From Lama glama (Eukaryota): a stretch of 64,000 bases of DNA. Positions 12,641 to 25,205 of the stretch are shown one piece after another; position 1 is the stretch's first letter; every line of letters begins with the position of its first letter. The notes beneath the pieces are model-generated. The model made no database searches and was not told where the DNA came from. It saw only the letters and a program-made list of their open reading frames with translations. The DNA is taken from NCBI GenBank assembly GCA_028534125.1, contig CM052832.1, forward strand, positions 16,804,001-16,868,000, written 5' to 3'. The position numbers were made by a program, and so were the translations under genes.

Positions 12641-13385
12641 AAAGACTTTTGAGCATCTTCCTAAAAGTTGGTGCGAAGCCTCTGGGGCTTTAAGCTGGGA
12701 ATAGACATGCTCACGCTCAGATCTGGGAAGGCTCACTGGCTGCAGTGTGGAGGAGGGATCTGAGCAGGGCAAGACAGGAAGCAGTGAGAGCAGGTCAGGG
12801 GTGGGTGTAGGCACCCAGGCTGGAGATGATGGAGGCTTGGAGCATGGTGACGTGGAGGTGAGGGCAAGCGAACAGACTGGAGAGACCTTCACAGGGTTAA
12901 ATCAATGAGACCTGGGGACTAACAGAATGGGGGAGCGGCAACTGCAGAGACCCCCTAAGGCTCAGTGGAAAGAGCTCTGGGCTGGGAGTCTCGAGATCAA
13001 GGTTCTAACCCCAGATCTGACACCAATCAACCCCCCAATGGCTTTGGCCAAGTCACTTTACTGTCCTTCACTGCTTTTGTTTCTTCATCTTGTGGGAATA
13101 GATGGGGCCCGTTGAGCTTATGGTCCCACTCAACTTCTACTATCTATGATTCTACAAAGTAAATGTGTTACAAGGACAAAATAAAACAATGGTGTCACCT
13201 CCCCCAAGGTTTAGGGACCCTTCCTCTATGTGTTACTTAATACCATTGATCATCATATACTTAAAGATATATTAGAATATTCCATTTACTGGTCTGTCTC
13301 CTTCAAAATGCTGAGGGCTCCTTGAGGGCAAGAACTGGGTATTCTGGTATGGAACCAGGTTAGGCATATGGTAACTGATTCATTG

Positions 13386-13971
13386 TGATGCAGGAAAAAC
13401 AGATGTGGGGCATAAGGAGGGCCGTGTCCCAGGCTTGGGCTGAGCCCCTAGAGCATGCCCCGCCAAGTGTGGGTCCTTGGCTTCATGCAGGAAAGAGTTC
13501 AAGAGCGAGCCACCATTGAGTAAAGGTAGATTTATTTGGAGATACATCAAAAGGCAAGAGAAAGGCCACAAGGTGTGGGGCTTGGGTGCTCAGGTTAGAG
13601 CAAAAGTAGGTACACACTCAGGAGACAGAGTGCAGGCCATCTCCAAAGGGCTCAGTGGCTTCATATGCTAATAAGTGGAAGGACCAGTCTAACTAGCCTG
13701 GGGAAGGGGCTGGGATTCCCAGGAAGTTGGCCATTTCCCACTCTTTGACCTTCGACCTAGCTTTGGGACTGTCATGGAGCCTGTGGGCATGTTATTCACC
13801 ATGTTAATATATTACAACGGGCATAATATAATGAAGCTCAAGGTCTGCTAGAAGTCAAGTCTCCCACCATCTTGAGCCTCAAGGCCTACTGGGGGTTGAA
13901 TCTTTCAGCATTCTGGTATTAATTGCTGTGTTATTCCTTGAATGGCTGTGCCCTGCCCCCTTCCTGTCTCA
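13386..13971 (-). mobile_element. ERV solo LTR, same family as 4200-4827
   Basis: Reverse complement shares long blocks (gaggctcaagatggtgggagacttgacttctagcagaccttgagcttcatt; ccacacttggcggggca). TSD attg/actg. Confidence 0.85.
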
Positions 13972-15656
13972 ACTGGATCTGTGAAATCAAAGTGTTGAGA
14001 GGACAGACACATGGTTATTCAAGGGGGGCAACTTGGTGCCACGTGTTATGTGTTTTCTGTCTCCAGAAAACACAGGGTGGATCATGACCATCAGATGGTC
14101 ATCTGAATAAACAAGAAAGCCAGTCATGGACCTTACAACAAGTAGCCAAGACAGACGTTAAATACACAAGGACAAAAATGATGGTTTATTTCTAGTTGTG
14201 GTGAGGGCTACAAGGAAAAGTACTGGGTACTGTGAATGTGTAATAGGGAGACCTAACTCGGGGGTAGAGGAAAGGTTTCTCTGAGAGAATGACATTTATG
14301 AGAACAAGGATGAGTTGATTGACTCATAGATCAAGGAAGAGAAGCGAGAAGGAAAGGGGGAGGGGGAGACAAGGAGAGACTTTTAAGTGGAAGGAATAAG
14401 CTTGCTTGAAGGCCAGAAGCAGGAAGGAATTCTGGTGAAGAGAAGACAGGAAGGAAACCCACCGGAATGGTAACATTAGCTAGATTGGGGTTGTGGAATT
14501 TTGGGTACTTTTTATTTTCCTTTGTATGTATACATTTTGCATTTCACAGATTTTCCACAACAAACACACGTTATTTTCATCATCAGAGGAGGGTGGGGAA
14601 CATTGTTAGTTTAAACAAAATAATAAAGGATATGGGGAGAATGTCACGGAGGAGGGGGCACATTCCAAAGGGACTGGTGACTTAAGCAGTGAGTAATCCC
14701 TACGTGGGGGGAGGGGGAGCAACAAGAGCACATCAATGGATGTGCTGGAACAAAGGAGCAAGGGTGACTCACAAATGATACAGTTGAAGCTGGTCCACCA
14801 AGGTCCACGAAAGTAAGGCCGAGGAGTTGGAGGTGATATGAGAACTTGCAGGGAGCTACTTTCAAAGGGCGTATTAGCAGAGAGGATCAGGACAGGGAGA
14901 AACCAAGACAGAAGGACCCTAAGGGGTCCCTACAGGGATGGTGTGGGAGAGTGAGGTCCTGGTGAAGCCAGGCCTACAACATGGGGTAGATTTGGTCCTT
15001 TGTTACTTCCCAGGCATCGGGGCTAAGACTGCCCCATGCTTTCTACCCCCAGTTCGGAAGTGGAAACTGTGGTTTCTAAAGGTCCTTCCGGATCTGCAAT
15101 CTCTGAGAAAGAAACTGCTGGCCTGAGGACATTTTTAAAGTGATAAAGTCAAAGATTGGTTTGAGAGGGGTGGGGGTGGCAGGGCACAGGCAGGATTTGG
15201 AAAATTGAGGCCTGATACAAGTTCTAACTAAGATCTGCTCCCACCCCCTCCTGATCTAGATAAGCACCCCTGCCACCCACACTGGATATTTGGCCAGCGT
15301 TTCCTTCAGAGGCTGTGAAGCATTTTGAGGGCTAGGATGTGTGCTGGAGAAGGGGTTGGAAATTGGCTCCCCTCTCCCCTCTGAGCTGGACCTACAGGAA
15401 ATGCCTCAGCCACTTCCCTTCCAGGCTTTCACATATTCCCACGCAGTTACCTCAGATCAGCAACTGATCGCCTCACCTGAATTCTTCTTGGCATCTCCCA
15501 TTCACCCCCTACTCCTGATATGGCTGCTGCCTGCTCAGAGATGAGCAAATTCGTCCTGGCCTTCTGCCCAGCCCGGAAGCCGAACACAGCACGAGGGTCA
15601 GTACCCTAGCCCTTGCCTGATCTCATGACAAAAGAGATGCAAAATCATAGTATTAC

Positions 15657-15742
15657 TTTTTTTAAACGGAGGTACTGGGGATTGAACCCAAGGCTTCGCG
15701 GATGCTAAGCACGCACTCTACCACTGAGCTACACCCACCCCC
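15657..15742 (-). mobile_element. Vic-1-like SINE
   Basis: ggaggtactggggattgaaccc..gctaagcacgcactctaccactgagctac. Confidence 0.85.
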
Positions 15743-16272
15743 TCTAAAATCGTATTAAGTGATGATATTAAATCACCATGTTAAATCTGTGCATCAAATG
15801 CAGGATTGGTCAGAAAGCAGCTGAGGGGTCTCTGTCCATGGCCCTGTAGTTGGCCCTGTGCTGCCATGAGGATGGAGGAGGCAGGGGTGCTGAAGAAACA
15901 ATCCCAGCCCCTAGGAATTTCACTTGCTGTTTGGAGACATCAAGTTCTTAGTAAAAGTAGCTTCAAGCCAGAAGACCTGGGTTCATGTCACAGCTGAGCT
16001 CTTGCTAGCTGAATCATCCGAGGGGTAGCCCACTTACCCCTCCAAGCCCCTTAGTTCCTTCAACTGTGGGATGGACAGGACAGGGAACTTAGGATCAAGT
16101 GATGCAGTGTGTGAGAAAAATAGACTTAAAAGGAGTATCCTCCTTCCACCAGTATCTACTGTGGGCCTATTACTGCCCAAACATTCAGGATATAAAGACA
16201 AAGAAGACAATAGGAGCAGGCCAGGCTCCTACCCTCGGGAAGTCCCTCCAGTTGCTGTTGTCATTGATGACT

Positions 16273-16812
16273 GTTGAATCAACGGGGCCACTCATAAGAA
16301 GCAAATGAAGAGCTCCGACAGAGGGTGGAAGATTGTATTTTCCAAAGATGGATGCCCCTTCCTCCATGCTCTTCTTGTCCCGTGACTGACACTCCAGGGT
16401 GAAATCATGTTCCCTCCCCTTGAGTCTGGGTGGGGCTGTGGCTGCCGTGACCAATGGGGTATGGATAAAGCAACGCAGATTATGGAAAGAATACAGCTCC
16501 TGCCTGGTTCTTTCCCTCAGTAACCCAGCCACCATGCAAGAGAAGCCCAATCTAGACCAAGGGAGAAGAACTGAGACCCCCAGCATCCATGGCCAGACAC
16601 ATGAACGAGGGATGCTGCAGGACGATTCTAGTCTCCAGCTTTTGAATCTTCCAGCTTCGACCCCAGACATTATGGAGTAGAGACTAACCATCTGCTTCCC
16701 CACTGCACTGCACCCAAATTTTCGACCCACAGAACCCATGAACATAACAAAGGTGTTTCATGCCCGCTAAGTCTTGGAGTATTCCTTTAGGCAACATTAG
16801 ATAGCCAGAACT
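16273..16812 (+). mobile_element. Old MaLR LTR (MLT1-like)
   Basis: ttgtattttccaaagatgg...ccaaattttcgacccacagaacccatgaacataacaaagg...gcaacattagatagccagaac. Confidence 0.6.
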
Positions 16813-19233
16813 TAGAGTAATTTTAGAACAAGCAGGAATGAAAGCAAAAGGTGCCCTAGACGAGTTGAGTTAGTCTGAATGGAATGGCAGTAAATGTGGA
16901 AAGCATTACCAGCCCTGGCCATGTGGTTTCTAACCCTGTCCTGCTGTGAAACTGTTCCCCCAACGCCACTAACAACCTCCCAAATGACCAAAGACAAAAG
17001 CATCTCAACCTGTTCTCTATATTCATTCCCCTTCAACTTCTTCCCTTGACTTCTGGTCTTAATATAAATTCCACTACCACAAGGACATGCTTCTCCACTG
17101 ATGTCTGCTTTGCTTTATTCATTGGTTCCTCTTCTCCCTCCCACCCTCCCACTATGCTGTGACCAACTTACTTTCCAAAGGCTTGCTGTCTATACATGGC
17201 CCTCAGAGAGCTCATCCTTTCTTGTTGAAACTATAACTTGTATGCCGGGGTCTCCTACGCTAGTATCTACATAACTAGTCTGATTCATCAACACGAACTC
17301 CTATCTTGCATCTCCCAGTTTCCCATTAGTCACATGCCAATACCTTATTTCTTTGCCACCTAGAACTCAACACACCCCAAAGAGTCCCACTATAATGGAT
17401 GCTGTCTAGTTTTCACCCAAATCCTTTTTATCAGTTGGTCTACTCATCCCCCAGCTGCCGGAGATGTTGTCTGATAACCACAAACAGCTGTTCCCTTTTC
17501 TGGAGAACTGGTCTAGACCAAATGGGAGACAAGTCATCCTCCATTCCACACACTTTGGACAGACCTTGGCCAATGACTGCCTGATGCAGGGCTGCAAAAC
17601 ACCAGCCCCCTTGGATGGTGAAGGAGTGGACTCTGGTATGATTTGTGCTGAGATTCTCCCTGAGGACCCAGATTACAGCTTAGGTTCTTCCCCTTTGCCA
17701 TCCTGTTTCCCTTACCCTCCTTCTCCTCCTCACATCAGTCCCTCGGACAAAAGTTCCATGCCAGGCTCTGCCTCTCAGTGACCCAACCTAAAACACCTCT
17801 CAAGGCAGGTTCATTCTGTTTACCTGTCTCTCGCTCGCCCCACCCTGAAACTCCCTATCACGTCAACCATCAATCCTAACGTACTTTCTAGCAAAGGCCT
17901 CTCAGATTTATTTCTTCCTCCTCATTCCCATGGCCCCTACATAATCGCTTCACACCTGGATTGTGAAATCAGTCTCCTCTCCTGACCTCCCTGCTGTTTC
18001 CTGTTTTCCCTCCCACCTCCAACAGGACTAGCACATAAATGCCAGATTAAAATCTCTTAAATGCCTTTGATCATACAGCTCCCTTACCCAAAGCTCAGTG
18101 CCTCCCATTTCTAATAGCACAAGATAAAGATTCCTTTGTCTGCTTTCCTGGACCCTCACTGAGATCTGGCCTCCACCTTATTTATTCAACATCATTTCCC
18201 AGTATCTCCAATTTTCTCTTCCAGCCAGCCCCTTCAAAGTTCCACAAACCACACTCATTCCCATCACACCAACCCCACTTCCCCTCTCTCCTGTACTTTC
18301 CTAAATCCTGCCCATCAAGGGAGGGACTGCCAGCTGTCTCCCAGTAGCCACCTGTAGGGTCAGGCCACTCAAGATGGCTGTTCTGCTCTCTGTACATTCC
18401 CCCCACTGCTCGACCAGTGCCTGCATCACCTACACCCTACTTGCATGATTGGCTTTCCTACATACTTGTCACAGACCCAGTAGTGATTGTTCTTATCAAA
18501 GGGACAGTAAGGGGTGTGCCCCTCTGCTGGTTTCCCTGGTAACCAATGAGCCAACCTGATGTCAATTTTCCCTATAACTCCTAACCTTCCCCTGACCTGG
18601 AGAGCAAAGCCTGACACCATGATCTGTCCTCTGTCAGCCGCACACGATGAGGAAACACTCTAGGACCTCGCTTCAGACATGTAAGATTCCGCCTCCATCA
18701 AACCACTGATGTTTCTGTTGCTGAATCCGGGTTCTTCGGTCTTGAGACTGAGCAAATACAGGGCTTGTGGGCCTCAGGGTACAGCCCACACCACCCTTCC
18801 CTTCTTAACAGTTTCCAGCTGGGCACATTGCTGCCTATAGTAAATGACACAAGCCTCCTTTGCAGCTGGAAATGGTTAAATGACTTCACTTCATCCTATT
18901 TCATATAAGCACAACTGCTGTGTATTACTTCTGTCAATGGACTGACAGGAAGGGATGTGTTTCTTTGTCCTTCTCTGTCCTACTAGCTGGAGTGTGGAGC
19001 CTGGGCAACCATCTTAGATGATGACGTGAAAAACCAGGTATTGAGGACATGAGACGACCAAGGAGAGCTTCCAGCCAAGCCTGATACACTGATCTCGAGC
19101 TAGACTTTGTTTCTGTCAGAGAGGATGAACATAGAGCTGGTAAACCACTGTCACTCACAGCTGAATCAAATCCTAACTGACACACATACTCAGCTTTTCT
19201 CAGGTAGCCATAACCAGCTCCTGTGGCTTGAAG

Positions 19234-19501
19234 CCAAAGAAATCCAAATGCTGAGGAATAAAGATAGAAGCTTTAGAAAAATTAAAGGAAGCTGAGCAAA
19301 GTGCACAGGGCTTTAGAAAGACATTTCTAAATCACTGCTGGCACGGAAGTGGCTACAATTACATAAGGAGAGCCGGCCAGCCCAGTCGAAATGCAGGGCT
19401 GAATTTTCATGGATTGTATGCTGCAGGAATTATGGGCAGAGCTGACCTTATATAACTGAGTGTTAAGTAAGGTGGTGGAGCTGTACCATGGTTCTGCTCA
19501 C
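19234..19501 (+). repeat. Copy A of a ~270 bp diverged direct duplication
   Basis: Colinear with 20435-20703, e.g. gctttagaaaaattaaaggaagctgag(g)caaagtgcacagg..tagaaagacatttctaaatcact. Confidence 0.9.
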
Positions 19502-19530
19502 CTTTTGTGAAGGAAAGAAAGGAGTGGACG

Positions 19531-19741
19531 CAGTGCTGTGCTGAGAAACGTTTAACCACTGCCTGGTGGCTGGGGGGAGTCTAATTAGCTGCATTTCCAA
19601 TGTCCGGGGTGTAAATATTCTTATCAAGGTCAACTTCAAGCTACCAATGTTAAGTCAACTGGCTCACAAAATTTCCGAAAATATCACGATGGGCTCTTGT
19701 GAGCTGGTTTGAACTGGTGCAAGCCGCCTCCAACACACCCC
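19531..19741. mobile_element. hAT-type non-autonomous DNA transposon relic (Tip100/ORSL-like)
   Basis: Degenerate terminal inverted repeats cagtgctgtgctg...ccaacacacc; internal ctcacaaaatttcc..gagctggt motif. Confidence 0.5.
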
Positions 19742-20434
19742 GGGGAAGGGCTGAGAAGGCAATGAGGTAATGAACCTTACAAGGCACCAGGCAACATGTA
19801 AGAGGCATTTTGCAAACATTATCTTTCTTAATCCTTTTACTCACCTCTGAGAAGTAAGGCCAAACTTCCCCATCAATAAATCCTTCTGGGGAAGATTCCA
19901 ATACAGGTAGATTTATTTTCGTATTTCTCGTCCACAACCTTGGAAGGTATGTTGGTCATTCCTGTTACGGATAATTAGAAAAAGCAGGGAATGGAGGTTA
20001 GGAAGAGAAAATGGTGTATCTCAGATATTTTCTGGGTTTTGACCATCCAGCAACCACTATTTCCTCCTCCTCTGATAATAGCCATTGGATTCCTTGGGGA
20101 ACTATCTAACTTGCGTGCAGCTCTTTTGAGCTGACACTTAAGGTATCCTTTCTTCTTCTGGGCCCTGCCTAAACCAGATTAATCAGACTCTCTCTGCTGG
20201 GGCTTTGAATGATAAATGTGAGTGTGAGGGACGGGAAAAAATGTGTTGTCATTCATTTTTTCAGCAGGTAGTGAGAGTAGGACTTGAATCCCGCTAGAGT
20301 CTCCGGGAGCTGCTCTGGTGCCTATGTTCCCTGAGCCTAGCTGTCTAGCCTTCCTTTGATTCTGTGAGCTATCTAGTATCCTCCCTTCATTCAACTTGTC
20401 TAAGCTAGCTGTAATGGGTGTCTGTGCCTTTAAA

Positions 20435-20703
20435 CCAAAGAAATCCAAAAAGGAAGAAGGTAGAGGCTTTAGAAAAATTAAAGGAAGCTGAGGCAAAGTG
20501 CACAGGACTCTAGAAAGACATTTCTAAATCACTACTGGCAGGGAAATGGCGACGATTATGCAAGAAGCAGCTAGGCAAGCCCAGCCAAAATGCAGGGCTA
20601 GATTGTCATACATTGTACACCACAGGAATTGTGAGCAGAGCTGACCTAGTATAACCCTGAGGGTTAATAAGGTGTTTGAGCTGAACCATCGGATGCTCAT
20701 CAC
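20435..20703 (+). repeat. Copy B of the ~270 bp direct duplication
   Basis: Matches copy A at an offset of ~1.2 kb. Confidence 0.9.
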
Positions 20704-20901
20704 AGGGTAATTAAGGAAAGGCAACCAAAAACATTTCATATCTAAAGTATCCAAGTTACTCTGTGTTTCTAGAAATGTTCTGAAACATATGGGAGTAATT
20801 TTTTTTAATATGTTAATCATTTGGGTGGAGGACTCTTGGTCAGCATTTTATCTTCTAGAAAGTAAGATAAATTTACAATTATGTCATTTAAAACTATTAG
20901 T

Positions 20902-21060
20902 GGGAGGAGGGTATAGCTCAGTGGTAGAGTGTTTGCATGAGGTCCTGGGTTCAATCCCCAGTACCTCCATTAAAAATAAATAAGTAAATAAATCTAATTA
21001 CCTCCCCCCTCCAAAAATAAAAAAAATTAATTAAAAAGACACTTTCATTTGGGGGAAAAG
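20902..21060 (+). mobile_element. Vic-1-like SINE
   Basis: SINE consensus with TSD aaaactattag. Confidence 0.85.
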
Positions 21061-21939
21061 AAAAACTATTAGCAATGGAGAGTCTGGTAGGTTTCTAGAA
21101 GAGAAGCCAGGAGTTGTATTTGGGTTTATGTGACTGATGGGCATTTCTGTTAGTTCTGTGCTTCAACCAAAATTTTCCCCATCACCTCTTCCTGCACTGA
21201 TCACACTCTGCTCTGAATTCCTAGGGTGCTTACTTTCTGTCTCAACATTCCATTCATTTGACATTCAACACTGTGATCTGCTGGGTCTTCATATGAGGAA
21301 AAGTACTTGTTAAGTGCTAATACACCAAACAATTGTTAGTTATGTATGGGCACATGTTAGTGTGTTCAAGTATATGATATATTCATGTAAGTATATAGTA
21401 TACATATATGTGTGTTTATTATGTACAGTTATAGTCACATACCTATTATATATTTGTCTCTTAGTTTCCCTTAACTAGGTTGTAGACTTCTTGAGGCTCA
21501 TTTATCCATTTTTCTGCCTTCCACTGTTCAGAGTTGGAACACTTTTGACAGTCAATCTACTGATGATTTGAGTGCAGGGACAAGGCTCTCCCATCTCCCA
21601 AGTCTGTGGCAAAGTGCCCTGGATCAGTTTGTTTTGTGTGGCCTAGGACAGAAAAAAAATCAATGGTTTAGTTCTGCCTCCAGCCTCTTGTCTTCCTTTT
21701 CGCAGAAGTTTGGGTCATGGTTGTGATCAGAGACGTGTTTCCCTTTTTCAATGGTAGATTTCTGAAGAAGTGGTTTCTCATACTGACCTCTGCATGGGCA
21801 GTATGAGACATCATCTAACAAGAACTAACTGATCTTGACTATTGTAAAAGTGTTGAGAGCAAATGAAAGCCATCAGCCTATGATGAATTTTTTCACAGTG
21901 CAGCATTTCTCCTTCTCTCACCCCAACCACCAGCTAGCC

Positions 21940-22147
21940 CAGTGCTGTCCAATAGAACTTTCTGTGATGATGGAAAGTGGACTGAATCTGTGCTTTCCAA
22001 TATGGTGATTAACCCCTGACCACCTGTGGTTACTGTACACTTGAAATGTGGCTCATGCAAATGAGGAACTGAAGCTTACCTTTTGTGTAATTTTAACTAA
22101 TTAAAATTTAAATAGCCACATGCTCCCGTATGGAGCAACACAGAGCT
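21940..22147. mobile_element. MER3-like hAT-Charlie MITE
   Basis: cagtgctgtccaatagaactttctgtgatgatggaaa...aaatttaaatagccaca; a second copy lies at ~39951-40120. Confidence 0.7.
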
Positions 22148-22369
22148 AAATTAAGAGAATCTGGGTCTTTTTATTCATGCATTCATTCATCACTCAACCA
22201 AAATCTATTGAGTACCTAATATACGTTAGGCACAGTACTCAGCCCTGATAGGGGGCTCAATGACTAGTCTCTCGCAAATCCCAGACTCCTAATTTATCCC
22301 TCCCTAACCCCTTTACTAACCGTAGGCTTGTTTTCTATGTCTGTGAGTCTGTTTCTGTAACAAATGATT

Positions 22370-22501
22370 TAAAAAAAAAAAATTTGTGGGGGGAGGAGGT
22401 AGTTAGGTTTATTTATTTATTTAATGGAGGTACTGGGGATTGAATCCGGGACCTCGTATGTGCTAAACATGTGCTCTACCACCGAGCTATACCCTCCCCC
22501 C
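22370..22501 (-). mobile_element. Vic-1-like SINE
   Basis: ggaggtactggggattgaatccgggacctcgtatgtgctaaacatgtgctctaccaccgagctataccctcccc. Confidence 0.85.
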
Positions 22502-23282
22502 ATAACAAATAACCTTTTGAGATGACCTCAAGACCTTTATGTGTCTTCTGTTTCCACCACATACTCTTGAGAAAATTAGCTGGAGGAGATTTCTTAGGCA
22601 AGGTTCACCCTGCAGATGTCCTTACCTCCCTGACTTCCCCTGCTGGATTAGGATCCTTGTCTGAGCTAGAGACAGCTCCCAAGGGCTGGCAAGAGGCCAA
22701 AGATATGACCTGAGGTGAGAATGCATGACTGGGCTGCCCAGCAAGATTATTCTACCCTGGGGCATGTGTGCGTAACCCATTCAGAATTTGAAAGTGAGAC
22801 CCAAGTGAGGACACAAACATCAGAGCAGTGTAAAACCCCAAAGACACAAAGAGCTAGGGCAATGAGCTGAATGATAACATTAATAATGAGGATTGTTGAG
22901 AGGCAGGAAAGCATACAGGTTGGTGGCTCTTTCTCTGGAGCCAAACTTCCTGGAATTCAATCCCAGCTCTACCCCATGCTGCCGTGCAAAGCTTCTCTGC
23001 TGTCTCCTTACCCGTGAGATGATGTTGTAAAGGCCCTCCCTCTTCTCAGAGACTTACCACGAAAAGTAAATTAATTAGAACATAAAAATGAATCCAAATG
23101 AGCTGGCTCCAGGGTCCACTCTATGACCAATGCGGAGTGCTGCTGGATTTTAGAATGAGGCAAAGGGTTCAAATCTAACTCCTACTATGTAATCTTGAGA
23201 AAGGGAGCTGCCTCGTGGAACCTCTCATTCTCCTTATCCGTAAAATGAGGATACAGACAATGATAATAGTGGGGGTTTTATA

Positions 23283-24010
23283 TATGAAATAGATAACCAA
23301 CAAGAATGTGCTGTATAGAACAGGAACTATACTCAGTATCTTTTTTTCTTAATTTTGTTTTTTGTTGATGTGTAGTTGATTTACAATGTTAGATTCAAGT
23401 GTACAGCAAAGCAATTCAATTATACATATACATGCATATGTATATATATTTTTCAGGTTCTTTTCCATTATGGATTATTATAAGAAATTGAAATCTAGAA
23501 AAAGAAAGGCACAAATTAACTTATTTACAAAACAGAAGCAGACTCACAGACATAAAGAACAAACTTATGGTTACCAAGAGGGAAAGGGGTTGGGAAGGGA
23601 TAAATTGGGAGTCTGAGATTTGCAAATACTAACTACTATATATAAAATATTTAAAGAGCAAATTTATACTGTATAGCACAGGGAGCTATATTCAATATCT
23701 TGTGGTAACCTATAATGAAAAAGAATATGAAAATGAATATATGTATGTATATGTATGACTGAAACATTATGCTGTACACCAGAAATTGACACAACATTGT
23801 AAACTGACTATACTTCAATAAAAAAGAATGCAAATTTTAAAAAATAACAAAAATAAAGAAATTGAATATAGTTCCCTGTGCTATACAGTAGGTCCTTGTC
23901 GCAGTATCTTGTAATAACCTATAATGGAAAAGAATGTGAAAAAGAACATACATATAACAAATCACTTTGCTGTACAATTGACACTAACAGAACATTGTAA
24001 ATCAACTATG
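23283..24010. mobile_element. Three nested L1 3' ends (+ / - / +)
   Basis: TSD cagtatctt at 23334-23342 and 23902-23910; TSD aagaaattgaa at 23482-23492 and 23856-23866. Confidence 0.85.
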
Positions 24011-24221
24011 AGTGGCCCTTGAAACTGCTGTGGACTCCTAAGGACGTGACATGCCAGTTCTTCAGGATACAGATTGCTGGATGCCAGCCCATCCCTGTCC
24101 CCTGAGGTAACCCATCTGTAAACCTGTTCTCTAACAAGGAAAACATCTTGACTTGGCAGATTCAATGTGGGAACTTACAACAGGGACGTTTTGGTGCAGC
24201 CTCCTTAAGACAGTCCTGTTA

Positions 24222-24845
24222 GACTGTAAAATGGTAAACCGCTTTGGGAAACAGCCTGGCCATTTCATATAAAGTTAAATCTATTCTGAGTTATACTAAT
24301 CCTAGATATTTACCCAAGGGAAATGAAAACACGCGTCCACAAAGAGTTCTATATGATTGTCCATGGCAGTTTTATTCATAATAGCCAAAACCAAGGGAAA
24401 AAAATGTCCATCAATGGTGAATGAATAAGCCAACTGTAGCATATTTATACAATGAAATACTATTCAGAAATCAAAAGGAAAGAGCTCCTGATTCATGCAA
24501 GAACACAGATGAATCACAGAAATATTACACTGAGCAAAAGAATCCAGACACAAAAAGAGTGCCTGCTACTATAGTTTTATTTATATGACATTCTAGAACA
24601 GGCAAAACTACAGGAACAGAAATCAGATCGGTGGTCACTAGGGGCTCAGAGTGGAGAGAGAGTATTGACTCCAAAGGGGCATGAGGAACTTTCTGGGGCA
24701 ATGGAAATATTCTACATCATGATTATGGTGGCATTTATATAACTACATGAGTTTGTCCAACTTCATCAAACTGTACTCCTTAAAAGGATGGGTTTTACCG
24801 TATATAAGCTATACTTCAATATTACCTGGCTTTAAAAATATATAT
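24222..24845 (+). mobile_element. Old L1 3' end
   Basis: tgtaaaatggtaaaccgctttgggaaacag...gtttgtccaacttcatcaaactgtac. Confidence 0.75.
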
Positions 24846-24925
24846 AATAACACCAAGCACTGACAGGATGAGCACATCCCACAGGGATGGGTTGAGAATA
24901 TCCAATTTATACATTTCTTACTGAT

Positions 24926-24980
24926 CTTCTCCTCCTCCTCCTCTTCCACCTCCTCTTCCTCCTCCTCTTACTCCTTCTTT
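24926..24980 (+). repeat. (CCT)n-rich microsatellite
   Basis: cttctcctcctcctcctcttccacctcctcttcctcctcctctt. Confidence 0.8.
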
Positions 24981-25086
24981 AGTTCACTTCTCCCTTTTTT
25001 TTAATTGAAGTGTAGTTGATTTACGATGTTGTGTTTGTTTCTGGTGAACAGACATAGTGATTCAGTTATACATACATATGTTCTGT

Positions 25087-25205
25087 TTGGGGGAGGAAGG
25101 TAATTAGGTTTGTTTATTCTTTTTTTTAATGGAGGTACTGGGGACTGAACCGAGGACCTCATGTATGCTAAGCACACACTCTATCACTGAGCTATACCCT
25201 ACCCT
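25087..25205 (-). mobile_element. Vic-1-like SINE inside a minus-strand L1 3' end (~24995-25270)
   Basis: ggaggtactggggactgaaccgaggacctcatgtatgctaagcacacactctatcactgagctatacc. Confidence 0.8.

Noticed and set aside
19270..19455. Peptide ALEKLKEAEQSAQ resembling a tropomyosin coiled coil
   Set aside because: The similarity does not extend, and copy B has a frameshift at the same place.
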